A DNA stretch of 56,927 nucleotides from Deltaproteobacteria bacterium (lineage in GTDB: Bacteria > DRYD01): contig JAPYWL010000005.1 of NCBI GenBank assembly GCA_028276365.1, forward strand, positions 1 through 56,927, read 5' to 3'. The notes under the pieces are model-generated. The model did no database searches. It saw only the letters and a program-made list of their open reading frames with translations, and had not been told where the DNA came from. Positions 18,567 through 28,901 of this stretch are shown piece by piece (position 1 is the stretch's first letter; every line of letters begins with the position of its first letter). Made by a program: the position numbers and the translations under genes.

Positions 18567-19802
18567 ATGAATAACTTATTAAGTGAATTAGATCTAAAAT
18601 TAAAATTCTACTCACTAAATGATTTAGTTTATGTAATACCAGATAATTCAATACCTACTACTTATTTAAGTATTTACTTTTTAAGTGGAAGTTACTTAGA
18701 AAGTCTTGGTAAATTGGGATTAAATTATTTAGTGTTTAAGACTTTAATTAGATCTACTAAAAAATTCAAATATGAAGATTTAAATTACTATTTAGAAAAA
18801 TATTCTATAAGTGTAAGTAGTTTTGCAGGATATTTTAATAGTGGAATTTCATTATCTTTTCCGTTTTATAATTATAAAGAAGCTTTATATGCTCTAAATT
18901 CTATAATATACGATTATATTTTTAGAAATTCCGATTTAGAAGAGGTAAAAAGAGATTCAATTAATAGTATAAAAATTTTAAAAGATGACATATATTCATA
19001 TTTAACTGCTTATGCAGATAAAGCTTTCTATAGTTCATTTTTAGCTAACGATGTTAAAGGAAATATAAAGAATATAAAAAAATTTACAAGAAAAGACTTA
19101 ATTAATTGGTATGAGAATTTAATTAATTCAAAAGATATAAAAAAAATAATAATAATTTCAGGATATACTACTCCTAGTTTTGAGCAACAAGTATTTAGAA
19201 ATTTTAAAAAGATTTTAAATAAAGATAACAATTATATTAGTAAAATGAGTGATTTTGATATAGTTCCTAAGAGAATAACTCATAGATTAAATAAAGTAGA
19301 AACAGGAATAGCTATAATTTATCCTGCTCCTACTTATAATTTAGATTTCTTTAGCTATAAAGTTATTTCATCTATATTAGGTTCTATGTCAGGTAGATTA
19401 TTTGTAAATATAAGAGAAAAACAAGAATTAGCTTATGCTATTAGCTCATATTATGAACCTCTACCTATAAAAGCTGGTAGCATTAAATTCACAATGCTAA
19501 CCTCAAAAGAAAATAAAAATAAAGCCTTAAATGCCTTATTAAATGAAGTTAATGATATAATAAAAAACGGTTTTAAAGAAGATGAAATAATTACCGCTAA
19601 AAATTATATTATAGGTAATTACATTGATAGCTTTATAAAACGATCATTTAAAGCTTCTTTATTAGCTAAATCTATTTTATTCAATATACCTTTAGAATTT
19701 ACAAATAACTACATAAATTATATAAACTCAGTTAGTAAAGATACTATAAATAGTAAATTAGATTATTTTAAAAATAAACCAGGTATTTTTATCGTCTTTT
19801 AA
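18567..19802 (+). CDS. M16 (insulinase/pitrilysin) family protein, probably non-catalytic
   Basis: The fold-level pattern of M16 is present, but the HxxEH zinc motif is replaced (GLNYLVFKTL). I prefer the ATG at 18567, which has GGGAGG 6 nt upstream, over the TTG at 18561. Confidence 0.65.
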   Translation: MNNLLSELDLKLKFYSLNDLVYVIPDNSIPTTYLSIYFLSGSYLESLGKLGLNYLVFKTLIRSTKKFKYEDLNYYLEKYSISVSSFAGYFNSGISLSFPFYNYKEALYALNSIIYDYIFRNSDLEEVKRDSINSIKILKDDIYSYLTAYADKAFYSSFLANDVKGNIKNIKKFTRKDLINWYENLINSKDIKKIIIISGYTTPSFEQQVFRNFKKILNKDNNYISKMSDFDIVPKRITHRLNKVETGIAIIYPAPTYNLDFFSYKVISSILGSMSGRLFVNIREKQELAYAISSYYEPLPIKAGSIKFTMLTSKENKNKALNALLNEVNDIIKNGFKEDEIITAKNYIIGNYIDSFIKRSFKASLLAKSILFNIPLEFTNNYINYINSVSKDTINSKLDYFKNKPGIFIVF

Positions 19803-19818
19803 TTCCCCTACTTTCTTT

Positions 19819-19902
19819 CTTTCAATTCCTCTATAGGTAAGCTAAATAGTTATGCTATATATTTACTTCAATATAACAATTAGGTAAAAAAATAAAAAAT
19901 CC
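19819..19902 (-). repeat. Second copy of the leader-like block plus a solitary CRISPR-type repeat ATTTAGCTTACCTATAGAGGAATTGAAAG (19847-19819, minus strand)
   Basis: The reverse complement aligns with 11761-11848. Block 1 has 2 substitutions and two 1-nt T-run indels. The repeat has 3-4 substitutions. An 11-13 nt variable linker separates them. The repeat ends 16 nt from the stop of 18567..19802. Confidence 0.65.
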
Positions 19903-19937
19903 TTTATATAAATTTTTAATAAAAAAAACCACTTGAT

Positions 19938-20728
19938 GTGAAAGCTTTAATTCAAATTAAAATGAATGATTTTTATAATTTTTATAGTTTTAAAATTTAT
20001 TCAAGTAATATATACGATTTAAACCAAAAGGAAATAATAAATAGAATTAAATTAGTTAAAAGCAAATTTAACAAACTAAACGTAATATTACCAATTCAAA
20101 AACATACCAATAAAATACTAAAATTATCTCAATTATTAAAAATTCGAAATTTAGATGAAGGTTTTGATGGGATATATTTTGATAATAAAGATATTTATTT
20201 ATTAAAGCATTTTGCTTTAGGGGTTTTAACTGCAGACTGCTTGCCTATTGTTATATTAATCTTTAAAGAATCTTTACGAAATATGAACAATTTAGCTAAC
20301 TTAGAAAATTCATCATTGGTAGCATATTACATGCAGGTTGGAAAGGAATCTTTAATAATATAATTTACAATTTCTTTAATATAGTAAATAATTATTTGAA
20401 AAATGAAAGTAATATTAAAGTAATTGCGTATATAGGTCCTTGTATAAGAGATTGTTGTTATGAAGTTAAAGAAGATTTTATTAAAAAACTAAATATTAAC
20501 TCTAATTTTTACTATTTTAAAGATAAAAAAATATATTTAAATTTACCATTTATTGTTAAATATCAAATAAAGCAGTATTTTTTAAACCTTAAAAATACAA
20601 TAAAATTGGAAAATACAATAGAATTGGATTTAATAGATGTTAATAAATGTACATACTGTAGTAATAATTATTTTTCATATAGAAAAGGTAATAAAGAAGA
20701 AAGAAATATAACCATTTTATCAATTTAA
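19938..20728 (+). pseudogene. pgeF: Peptidoglycan editing factor PgeF / YfiH (DUF152) interrupted by a frameshift
   Basis: Frame 1 (19938-20363) carries QKHTNKI...GVLTADCLPIV. The conserved HAGWKG and IGPCIRDCCYEV motifs lie in another frame that is open from 20300 and continues into the 20396..20728 ORF. The junction is near the A4 run at 20305-20308. Confidence 0.75.
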
Positions 20729-20806
20729 TTTTATTCTATTTTAATTTGTTATATTATAAAGGATAGCAGATTAAAATATATAACAAAATAATTATAGAGT
20801 ATAGGT

Positions 20807-22624
20807 ATGTATGTAGTAGTAGGTTCAAAAGGAAGTATTTTGACTTCAATAGATGGTAAAAATTGGAGCTTTCAAAACACAAATTTAAATTTAACTGATA
20901 TATATTTTAAAAATGACACTTTAATAGCAGTTAGTCAAAATTCAAAAATATTAGTATCAAATGATACAATAAATTGGGAATTAAAAGAGCTGGGATATAA
21001 TTACTGGCTAAAATCTATAGCAGCAAGTGAGGATTTATGGGTAATTGTTGGATGGGAAGGTATTATATTAACTTCTAAAGACTTTAATTTATGGGAAAAA
21101 CAAAAATCTAATACATCATCTATTCTAACATCTGTTACTTTTGGAAATAATTTATTCATCGCAGTAGGATATAATGGGAAAATTTTAATTTCAAATGATG
21201 GAATAAATTGGAATATACTAAATTTATCGTCTAATTTATCATTTGAAAACATAAGTTATGTCAATAATAAATTTGTAGCCTTAGGAAAAGATGGTAAAAT
21301 CTTAGTTTCAGAAAACGGCATCAATTGGTTTTTAAAAAATTCTAAAACTACTTCTTCTTTAAATGGTTGCGCTTATAAAAAAGATGAATTCAATAAAGAT
21401 ATATATATCATAGTAGGTAAAAATGGAAAAATTTTAATATCTTACGACTTAGAAAATTTTGAAGATATTGAATTAAATTTTAAACAAGATATTTTTAAAA
21501 TAATATATGAAAATAATTTATTTGTAGCAACTTGTGCTAAAGGAAACATATTAATTTCTAAGGATGGAATAAATTGGGACATAATACAAACTAATATTAA
21601 TGAAGATTTAACATCTATTACATACGCTAACTTTAAAGATCACCCTATTTTAAAAACAACTAAAAATAAAAAAGATAAGAAAAACATAAGTACTATAGGA
21701 ATACATTCTGAAAAAAAACAAAAAACAAACTTAGAGAAATGGATTCTAAACAAAACACCCTCTAAAAATGATTTACTTGATATAACCTTTAAAAGTGACA
21801 CTTTTATATCGCTAGGTAAAAATGGAGATATTTTAATATCTCATCCTTTAAAAGAATTGGAAAATAATAAAAAAAATGATGAATACTTGATTCCTTGGGA
21901 ACTAATTAATTTAAATATTAGGAATCATTTAAGGAGTATTGCTTTTAATGAAAATAATATAGTAATTGTGGGAGATAATGGTATAATTTTAAAAAATAAT
22001 ATTTCTTCTAGTATTGATATTTTTGATCCTTTAAAATGGGAAAAATTAGTTATTAATAATATTTCTTTTAGTTCAGTAGCATTTGGCAATGATATATGGG
22101 TAGCTGTTGGATTAAATGGGAAAATATTAATTTCACAAGACCTAAATAATTGGGAAATTTTTGCTCATGATTTTGTAGCACATTTTACAAGTATTATCCC
22201 ATTTAACGACTATTTTGTAATTACTGGATTAGTTGGAACTATTTTAATATTAGACCAAGATATAGGGTTATATAAATCTAATACAGATACTCAAAGTAAT
22301 ATATATAGTTTAGCTTGCTCTAAGGATTTAGTAATAGCAGTAGGAGCTAACGGAACTATTTTAAAAAGTTATGATTTAAAAAAATGGTATAATATAAAAT
22401 CTCCCGTTAATGAAGATCTATTAAAAGTAGTATTCTTTAAGGATATATTTATAGCAGTAGGAGAAAAAGGGAGCTTAATAATTTCAGAAGACGGGAATAG
22501 TTGGTATAAAAAAAGTACTCCTACTAATAAAACATTATACTCTATTGCCTTAGGGACATTTGATTTTGGAGATTTAGCTATAGCAGTATCTGAAAAAGGA
22601 ACTATAATTCATAACAAAATATAA
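20807..22624 (+). CDS. Beta-propeller repeat protein (Ycf48/BNR-like SxDGxNW repeats, two propeller-sized halves)
   Basis: More than 12 repeats of the pattern [IV]AVG.[NK]G.IL.S.DG.NW. Confidence 0.6.
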   Translation: MYVVVGSKGSILTSIDGKNWSFQNTNLNLTDIYFKNDTLIAVSQNSKILVSNDTINWELKELGYNYWLKSIAASEDLWVIVGWEGIILTSKDFNLWEKQKSNTSSILTSVTFGNNLFIAVGYNGKILISNDGINWNILNLSSNLSFENISYVNNKFVALGKDGKILVSENGINWFLKNSKTTSSLNGCAYKKDEFNKDIYIIVGKNGKILISYDLENFEDIELNFKQDIFKIIYENNLFVATCAKGNILISKDGINWDIIQTNINEDLTSITYANFKDHPILKTTKNKKDKKNISTIGIHSEKKQKTNLEKWILNKTPSKNDLLDITFKSDTFISLGKNGDILISHPLKELENNKKNDEYLIPWELINLNIRNHLRSIAFNENNIVIVGDNGIILKNNISSSIDIFDPLKWEKLVINNISFSSVAFGNDIWVAVGLNGKILISQDLNNWEIFAHDFVAHFTSIIPFNDYFVITGLVGTILILDQDIGLYKSNTDTQSNIYSLACSKDLVIAVGANGTILKSYDLKKWYNIKSPVNEDLLKVVFFKDIFIAVGEKGSLIISEDGNSWYKKSTPTNKTLYSIALGTFDFGDLAIAVSEKGTIIHNKI

Positions 22625-22649
22625 CTAATTTACTAATTAACTCAACATT

Positions 22650-23558
22650 TTAATAAAAAATTCTCCTAATTTGAGAAAAATTAATTAAATCTATTTGATT
22701 AATTTGATCAATATTTTTTTTCACTATTTTAAATATAAGGTATTTATAATCAGGAATTATTCTTTCTACTGTTTCTTGAACTTCCTCATTAAAATTAGCA
22801 TCTGCTATTTTTATATACTTTATTTTTATATTTCTTAAGTAAGGTGTGTAATCAAAAGCATATAGATAATTCATTACCTTCTCAAATAATTCATCATCTA
22901 AATTTAATAGATAAAAAATAACAAAATTAAATATAAAAGTGCTTAAATTATTTATTAATTTTGTATCAAATTTAAAAAAAGTATTAATATCATTTAGATT
23001 TTTTTTTAATATAAATTCTTTTAAAGATATGGGAAAGTGATCAAAAGAATCTTTATTTTGGATAAAATAACTCTCTATTTCGTTAAAAATATTAATTCCT
23101 ATTCCTATTATTAAATTATCTTTAAAATTTTCAATTAAGATTCCACCTAATTTATATATCTTGTTATCATCAAGTAAAACTAAATCATTAGGGAAAATAA
23201 TTCTCAAATTTTTTTTTAATATATCATAAAAATTAATATAAAAATTTTTAAAAAATCGCAAAAAAGAAAATATAACAATAGTTCCAACAATAATTGATAT
23301 TAGATTAAAATATTTTTTTTGTAGTTTCAGTTTAAAAAAAGGGATATTAAAAGATAAATACAAACCGCCTTTTAGTGATATCCAGTGTCTATTATTACTT
23401 CCTCTTCCCTTTAATTGTTCATAAGCTATTACTACTTTTATATTTTTTAAATTATTTTTATTTTCTTGATTAAATTTATCATCCAGAATAATTTGTTTCA
23501 AATAATTTTGAGTAGAATCGATTTGTTCTAATTGAATTTTTTTTATTCTAAAATCCAT
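22650..23558 (-). CDS. birA: Biotin--[acetyl-CoA-carboxylase] ligase-like protein
   Basis: IDSTQNYLK, EQLKGRGSNNRHWISLKGGLYLSF (GRGRxGRxW-type motif) and KLGGILIEN. Confidence 0.7.
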   Translation of the reverse strand: MDFRIKKIQLEQIDSTQNYLKQIILDDKFNQENKNNLKNIKVVIAYEQLKGRGSNNRHWISLKGGLYLSFNIPFFKLKLQKKYFNLISIIVGTIVIFSFLRFFKNFYINFYDILKKNLRIIFPNDLVLLDDNKIYKLGGILIENFKDNLIIGIGINIFNEIESYFIQNKDSFDHFPISLKEFILKKNLNDINTFFKFDTKLINNLSTFIFNFVIFYLLNLDDELFEKVMNYLYAFDYTPYLRNIKIKYIKIADANFNEEVQETVERIIPDYKYLIFKIVKKNIDQINQIDLINFSQIRRIFY

Positions 23559-23642
23559 GTGTAAAAACTATAAGAAATAAAATTATAGAAATAAAAATGT
23601 TTATAAATAAAAATATAAAATATAAAAAAGAGAAGATAAAAA

Positions 23643-24575
23643 TTACTTTAAAGCGTTTTCGAATTGATTAGAAAGGATATTTTGTAAATTAAGTTTAATA
23701 CTAACTGCTCTATGATCACTTGCAATAGGAGCTAAAGGGTTGTCATATTTACCTATTACATCAAAGCTTCCTTGAACAACATTTAATTTTTCTTTAGCTT
23801 TATCATTTAGAAAAATGTAATCTATTATAGCTGGATCATACCTAGGATTATTACTATAATGAGTGTAGTTATTAATTTCCTTAGATAAACTATCTAACTG
23901 TCTTGTATCAGTGAATTTATTATTTTTGATAATAGAGATTGCATTAGAATCGGGGGTATCGTTAAAGTCTCCCATTAAAATAGTAGGAATATCATCTTTT
24001 TTAGCGTATTCTATTAATTTAGCTGCTTCTTTTTGGCGTTGGACATCAGATTCCATTCCACCTCTTTTAGACTTTAAATGTACTGAAAAGATTTTAACAT
24101 TAAATCCTGGAGCTAATTCCACTATAGCTTCAACAGGAGGTCTTTTAAAAGTAGTATCATCTTGATGAATATCTACTTTCTTTATAGAGAATTTTTTATT
24201 TATTAATAAAGCAGTAGCTATTCCCCTATTATCACTCTTACCAACAATAACATTATATTTATCTTTTAAACCAGCTAAACTCAATAATTCTTCTAATACC
24301 TCTTTATTTTCAACCTCTTGTAGAGCAACAATATCACTATTATTTTGTTTTAATATTTGAGCAACTGCTTTTAATGACTTTTCATCTTTAGGAGGACCAT
24401 CCTCTTTATTAGGATCATCTATTTTATCAAATAAATTCTCAACATTATAAGTAGTTAATTTTACTTCTGTATTATTAGTATCTATTTTTTTATTTACAAA
24501 CTGTGTATTATTTTTATTTACAAACTGTGTATTAGTTCCTACCCCTAAACTACTAAAATTAATCATAAAAATCAC
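23643..24575 (-). CDS. Endonuclease/exonuclease/phosphatase (EEP) family protein, probably secreted
   Basis: TYNVENLFD, DIVALQEVEN, GDFND and SDHRAV motifs. The N-terminus contains a 24-nt tandem duplication (NNTQFVNK x2, about 24490-24534). Confidence 0.8.
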   Translation of the reverse strand: MIFMINFSSLGVGTNTQFVNKNNTQFVNKKIDTNNTEVKLTTYNVENLFDKIDDPNKEDGPPKDEKSLKAVAQILKQNNSDIVALQEVENKEVLEELLSLAGLKDKYNVIVGKSDNRGIATALLINKKFSIKKVDIHQDDTTFKRPPVEAIVELAPGFNVKIFSVHLKSKRGGMESDVQRQKEAAKLIEYAKKDDIPTILMGDFNDTPDSNAISIIKNNKFTDTRQLDSLSKEINNYTHYSNNPRYDPAIIDYIFLNDKAKEKLNVVQGSFDVIGKYDNPLAPIASDHRAVSIKLNLQNILSNQFENALK

Positions 24576-24775
24576 CTTTCTAAAAGATTTCTATTTATAT
24601 TATAATAATCATTTTTTAAAAAAGTAAAATAAAAAATAATAAAAATTAACACTTTTGTTACATTATTTCAATTGTAAATACCATAAAATTTATAAAAATT
24701 TTAATAATTTAAAAGGATAATTGGCAATAACATTTGAAATAAAAAATAGAGTTAATAAAAAGGGGGTAGATATAA

Positions 24776-25888
24776 ATGTCAATAAATCCAATTGAACCTA
24801 ATAATATAAAACCTGTAACAGATACCAAAAGTGTACCTGAAACTAAAAATATCACAAATATCCAAAGCCAAAATATTTCAACTTCTGTATCAAATCCAAC
24901 AGATCAAATAACTACAAATCAAAATATTAGTTCAGAAGTTTCAAATAATAATCCTCAAGCTAATGCTGAAGTAATTCAAGAGCCACCTTTAGAAGTTAAA
25001 TTACAGCAAACTTTAACCGATAATAACCTACCTCTTGAAGAAAAAATTAAACTAATAGATAAATTAATAGATCAAAAGAAACAAGAAATACAAAATATAG
25101 ATAATGAAATAAATAATTTAAAATCTAATCAAACAAATAGATTAAATGATCCTATAGGTCAAAACATTTTAAATATATCTAATCAAAATAAGATCTTAGC
25201 TTTAGAAAGTCAAAAAAGTGCTATAAATAATCAAATCTCAATGTTAGAAGCTACAAAAAATAATTTAGTAAATCTAAATAACGAATCAAGAAATCTCACA
25301 TCTCAATTAGAGAGTATCAACTCAGTTTATGATACAAGTCTTAATCATCTTAGAATGTTAAAAGAACAGCTTGAAAGATACCATCAATCTATGGCAGATA
25401 ATTACAATAAACAAATAGAAACTTTATATAATCAAATTAATCAATTAGAAAAAGAAATCCAGGATTTATTAAATACTCATCCTTCAAATCCAGATGAAGC
25501 AAACCAAATAGCTCAACAAATAGCTCAAAAAAGATCCCTACAAGACGTCCTAAGAAACCAATTAGAAAGCACAAAACAACAACTATTTACACTAAATCAA
25601 AATGTACAACAACAAATAAAAGATTTAGATGATCAAATAGCTAATACTTTAAAGGAAAAACAATTAAATTACTATCAAAAATGGGCACTCGATCAATCCA
25701 TAAGAAGGGAAATAGAAAACATAGTATGGGGTGAAATGTTAAATGAAAAAAATCATGTACTTAGTATGTGGAAAATGTACTATGACTATACCCAAAAAGT
25801 TAGACAAATGTGGCAAGATATATATACTAAACAATTAGCTAATGAAAGCTCATTCATCGCCGCATGGTCTAAAGCATTAGGTGCTTAA
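24776..25888 (+). CDS. Hypothetical Gln/Asn-rich coiled-coil protein
   Basis: Good SD (AAAGGGGG). Long heptad-like Q/N/E/L-rich central region. Trp-rich C-terminal ~70 aa. No recognisable family. Confidence 0.5.
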   Translation: MSINPIEPNNIKPVTDTKSVPETKNITNIQSQNISTSVSNPTDQITTNQNISSEVSNNNPQANAEVIQEPPLEVKLQQTLTDNNLPLEEKIKLIDKLIDQKKQEIQNIDNEINNLKSNQTNRLNDPIGQNILNISNQNKILALESQKSAINNQISMLEATKNNLVNLNNESRNLTSQLESINSVYDTSLNHLRMLKEQLERYHQSMADNYNKQIETLYNQINQLEKEIQDLLNTHPSNPDEANQIAQQIAQKRSLQDVLRNQLESTKQQLFTLNQNVQQQIKDLDDQIANTLKEKQLNYYQKWALDQSIRREIENIVWGEMLNEKNHVLSMWKMYYDYTQKVRQMWQDIYTKQLANESSFIAAWSKALGA

Positions 25889-26241
25889 AAATAATAAAAA
25901 AAAATAACAAAATTAATTAATCCCTAAAATATTTTTTTTAAATTATATGTGTTTATTTTATTAAAATGAGATTTTTAAAAATATTTGCTATATTTTTAAT
26001 ATTTTTTTAGCTACTAAATATACAAAAATAATATATCATAAATGATCATCAGATACTAATTGTGAATGTTCAAATTGTAAAGTCATAGGTATTAATTATA
26101 ACTTAAATTATGATTGTTGTAAAAAATGTGTTTGTTACACTAAAAAAACTTTTGAAAATAATTTAGATTATATAAACATTAACCAAAATCAATTAAAAAA
26201 TTTAATTATATTAAAATTCAATAAATATCTTTCTTTTTTAA

Positions 26242-26484
26242 CCGCCTCAGCAAGAAGAGAAGTATTTGGGTTATAATTTAAAGAATAAAATTTTTGAGGG
26301 GGCTGTAAAAAGAGTTAGACCAAAATTAATGACAGGAATAGTTATAGTTAGTTCTTTATTACCTATATTACATAGCCAAGAAATGGGGAGTGAAATAATA
26401 TCTAAAATAGTTGCTCCAATGATAGGAGGTACAATCTCTTCTTTAATCACTGCTTTACTATTTATACCCCTATATATTTATTAA
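26242..26484 (+). pseudogene. C-terminal relic (~80 codons) of a CusA/CzcA-type heavy-metal RND efflux pump
   Basis: ...EGAVKRVRPKLMT..LLPIL...GSEIISKIVAPMIGGTISS... matches the conserved last transmembrane region of CusA/CzcA (~1040 aa proteins). The frame opens only at 26242, after a stop. Confidence 0.7.
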
Positions 26485-26653
26485 TTTACAAAATTAAAAA
26501 TATAAAAAGTGTCTTAATTATTAAAAAATAGTAACAAATATGTTAATAAAATGTAAATAGGTAGTAAAAATTCCCAATTTTGGAAACAATTTTGTAACAA
26601 TTTTTCTTAAAAAATTATTATAATATATATTGAAAAAAAGGAGGTGATTAAAA

Positions 26654-27676
26654 ATGAATAGGATAATTATAGCTCTTATTATAGGGATAATAACTATATC
26701 TATAGCATTAGCAGGTATTAAAAAAGGGGATATAAACAAAGATTTCCACTATGATAATACAATTACCAAAAATATTAATATAAATAAATTAATCTCAGAA
26801 TACTATGGACATTACGATGGAACAAATACATGGTCTGAAGAATTTAAAAATGGAATGAAACAAAGAGCATTAGAATTATTAAATGATCAAAATATTAATG
26901 CTATAGTATCTCAAGAAATATTTGCTGCCTTAGGAGTTAATGGTTTTACATTTAGCTTAAATCCATCACAACCACAATATGATCAATTTTACTTCCCTGG
27001 TAGAGAAGCAGTAGGTTATGTTTTAGCATCAAGAGATACAAACGGTAGCTACTTTATGGATATTTCTGAAGGTGATGTAAGTATAAGAATAGAAGGTCAA
27101 ATAAGCGGCGAAGTTCAAGCAAAAGTATGGGCTACTCATAATATAAGTCCTTTAGTAATAGATCTTGATAAAAACAATATAATTGATACTTATAACAAAA
27201 GCAACTTCTCTAAACCAGTAATGTCAAAAGAAGACATTCAAAAAAGAAACTGGATGAGTATGGATATTGTAGGAGATGGAATCATTAGAATAGTTGAAAA
27301 ATTAGGACCAAATGATGGAATATTATTTACTACCAATGATTTAAACTCAATAATAAAAAGAGGTTATTTAACAGGTAAAGAATTATTTGGACAATCAGAT
27401 GGATTTAAAAACGGATTTGAAAAAATGAAACTATTAGATCTAGATAATAATAATAAAATAGAAGGTCAAGAATTAAATAATGTGTATATATGGCAAGATA
27501 AAAATCAAGATGGAAAAGTACAAAAAGATGAAATCTTAAGTTCCAAAGATATTAATTTAACTCAAGTAAATCTAAATTATAATTTCCAAATGATAAGTAC
27601 AGCTATAATTAATGGGAAAACAGTTACAGTATGGGATTGGTATCCTGCTACCTTAGATGTAAAATTCTCTAAATAA
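26654..27676 (+). CDS. Hypothetical membrane-anchored or secreted protein with Ca-binding-like (EF-hand/dockerin-like) motifs
   Basis: N-terminal TM/signal anchor IIIALIIGIITISIALAG. SPLVIDLDKNNIID and DLDNNNKIEGQEL...DKNQDGKVQKDEI resemble Asp/Asn-rich calcium loops. SD AAAGGAGGTG. Confidence 0.5.
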   Translation: MNRIIIALIIGIITISIALAGIKKGDINKDFHYDNTITKNININKLISEYYGHYDGTNTWSEEFKNGMKQRALELLNDQNINAIVSQEIFAALGVNGFTFSLNPSQPQYDQFYFPGREAVGYVLASRDTNGSYFMDISEGDVSIRIEGQISGEVQAKVWATHNISPLVIDLDKNNIIDTYNKSNFSKPVMSKEDIQKRNWMSMDIVGDGIIRIVEKLGPNDGILFTTNDLNSIIKRGYLTGKELFGQSDGFKNGFEKMKLLDLDNNNKIEGQELNNVYIWQDKNQDGKVQKDEILSSKDINLTQVNLNYNFQMISTAIINGKTVTVWDWYPATLDVKFSK

Positions 27677-27720
27677 TTATTTTTCAATAAATGAAAATAG
27701 AAAAAAAAGTAAAAAAATAA

Positions 27721-27754
27721 AAGGAGGGAAAAAATTTCCCTCCTTCTCTTTTTT
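27721..27754 (+). terminator. Rho-independent terminator after 26654..27676
   Basis: AAGGAGGGAAA-AAA-TTTCCCTCCTT (11-bp perfect stem) followed by CTCTTTTTT. Confidence 0.8.
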
Positions 27755-27797
27755 ATAAAAAATTAATATAAAACCATTACAAAAAGGAGGTATAAAT

Positions 27798-28901
27798 ATG
27801 AACAATAATAGAAAAATAATCAATTATTTTTTTATTGCTTTATTTTTAGTAGTATTTTACATATTTAATTATAAGCAAGCAATTAGTAGTGATATTGAGA
27901 ATATATTTACAATAGATAAACATTCCATAATAAATAATGAAATAGATGAAAGAAAATTTTATATAGCAGGGTTTGATGATAAATCCCAAAAAATATTAGC
28001 TATGGCTCCTATATCTGATATTAATCTAAAAAAACAAAACAAAAATTATAGGCTGTACTTTATTAATATATCTAATAATCCAAATATAACTACCTTAGAT
28101 ATCCCGCTTTTTAATATTCAACAATATTTAATTAACAATGATAAATTATATATAATAGGTAATAATTTAACTACCCTTGCTTTGATAAATTTAAATAATT
28201 TTAATTTTAATGTTTTAACGCAAGTGGAAATAGGGAAACCTTCTTTTAGGTATTTTGGATTAATCTGGTTAGAAAATAATTCTATATTTGCTCCAGGTTA
28301 TGAAATGGATGAAAAACAATTTTCCAAGGACACTTATATATACAAATTAAATATAACTGAAAATAAAGTTAATTTTATAAATACCTCATTTAATATAACA
28401 AAAATAGAAAAAGAACAAAAACCTATAGAATTAGTAATACTTAATTCCGAAAAAATAGCAATGCTAAAACAAAATATGAAAAATAAAAAACTTGAGTTAA
28501 TAACGATTGATAAAAATTACAAAACCACAAAAATAGAAGAAGGTGATACCTTTGGAGGTTTAGCCTTTTCTTATGATTATCTCCTTTATTCCTTTAAATT
28601 AAATAAAAATATATACTATTCTTTATACGATTTTAATAAGGAAAAAGTTTTTATAAAAGAAAAGTTTGATGTACCTTTAATGTATCCTTTTATTTCTAAA
28701 AACTCTAACACAATTATTTTAACTAATTATAATCCCAAACTAAATAAAATGGATATATACTTAGGTAAAAAAGATGAAAATTATAAATTAAATAAAGTAA
28801 TAGAACAAACAGATTCGGCATACCTAAAAATATCCAAGGACGGAAAATATTTTTTAATGTTTAATATAAAAGGATATCTAAATCTCTATAAAATTAATTA
28901 A
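27798..28901 (+). CDS. Hypothetical secreted protein (N-terminal signal/anchor; possibly beta-propeller-like)
   Basis: SD AAAGGAGG, hydrophobic N-terminus INYFFIALFLVVFYIF. No diagnostic motif. Confidence 0.45.
   Translation: MNNNRKIINYFFIALFLVVFYIFNYKQAISSDIENIFTIDKHSIINNEIDERKFYIAGFDDKSQKILAMAPISDINLKKQNKNYRLYFINISNNPNITTLDIPLFNIQQYLINNDKLYIIGNNLTTLALINLNNFNFNVLTQVEIGKPSFRYFGLIWLENNSIFAPGYEMDEKQFSKDTYIYKLNITENKVNFINTSFNITKIEKEQKPIELVILNSEKIAMLKQNMKNKKLELITIDKNYKTTKIEEGDTFGGLAFSYDYLLYSFKLNKNIYYSLYDFNKEKVFIKEKFDVPLMYPFISKNSNTIILTNYNPKLNKMDIYLGKKDENYKLNKVIEQTDSAYLKISKDGKYFLMFNIKGYLNLYKIN

Noticed and set aside
26044-26277. 78-codon open frame encoding a Cys-rich peptide (SSDTNCECSNCKVIGINYNLNYDCCKKCVCYTKK...).
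   Set aside because: It has no ATG, GTG or TTG start and no SD, and it overlaps the start of the CusA relic frame. It is most likely non-coding debris in the same degraded region.
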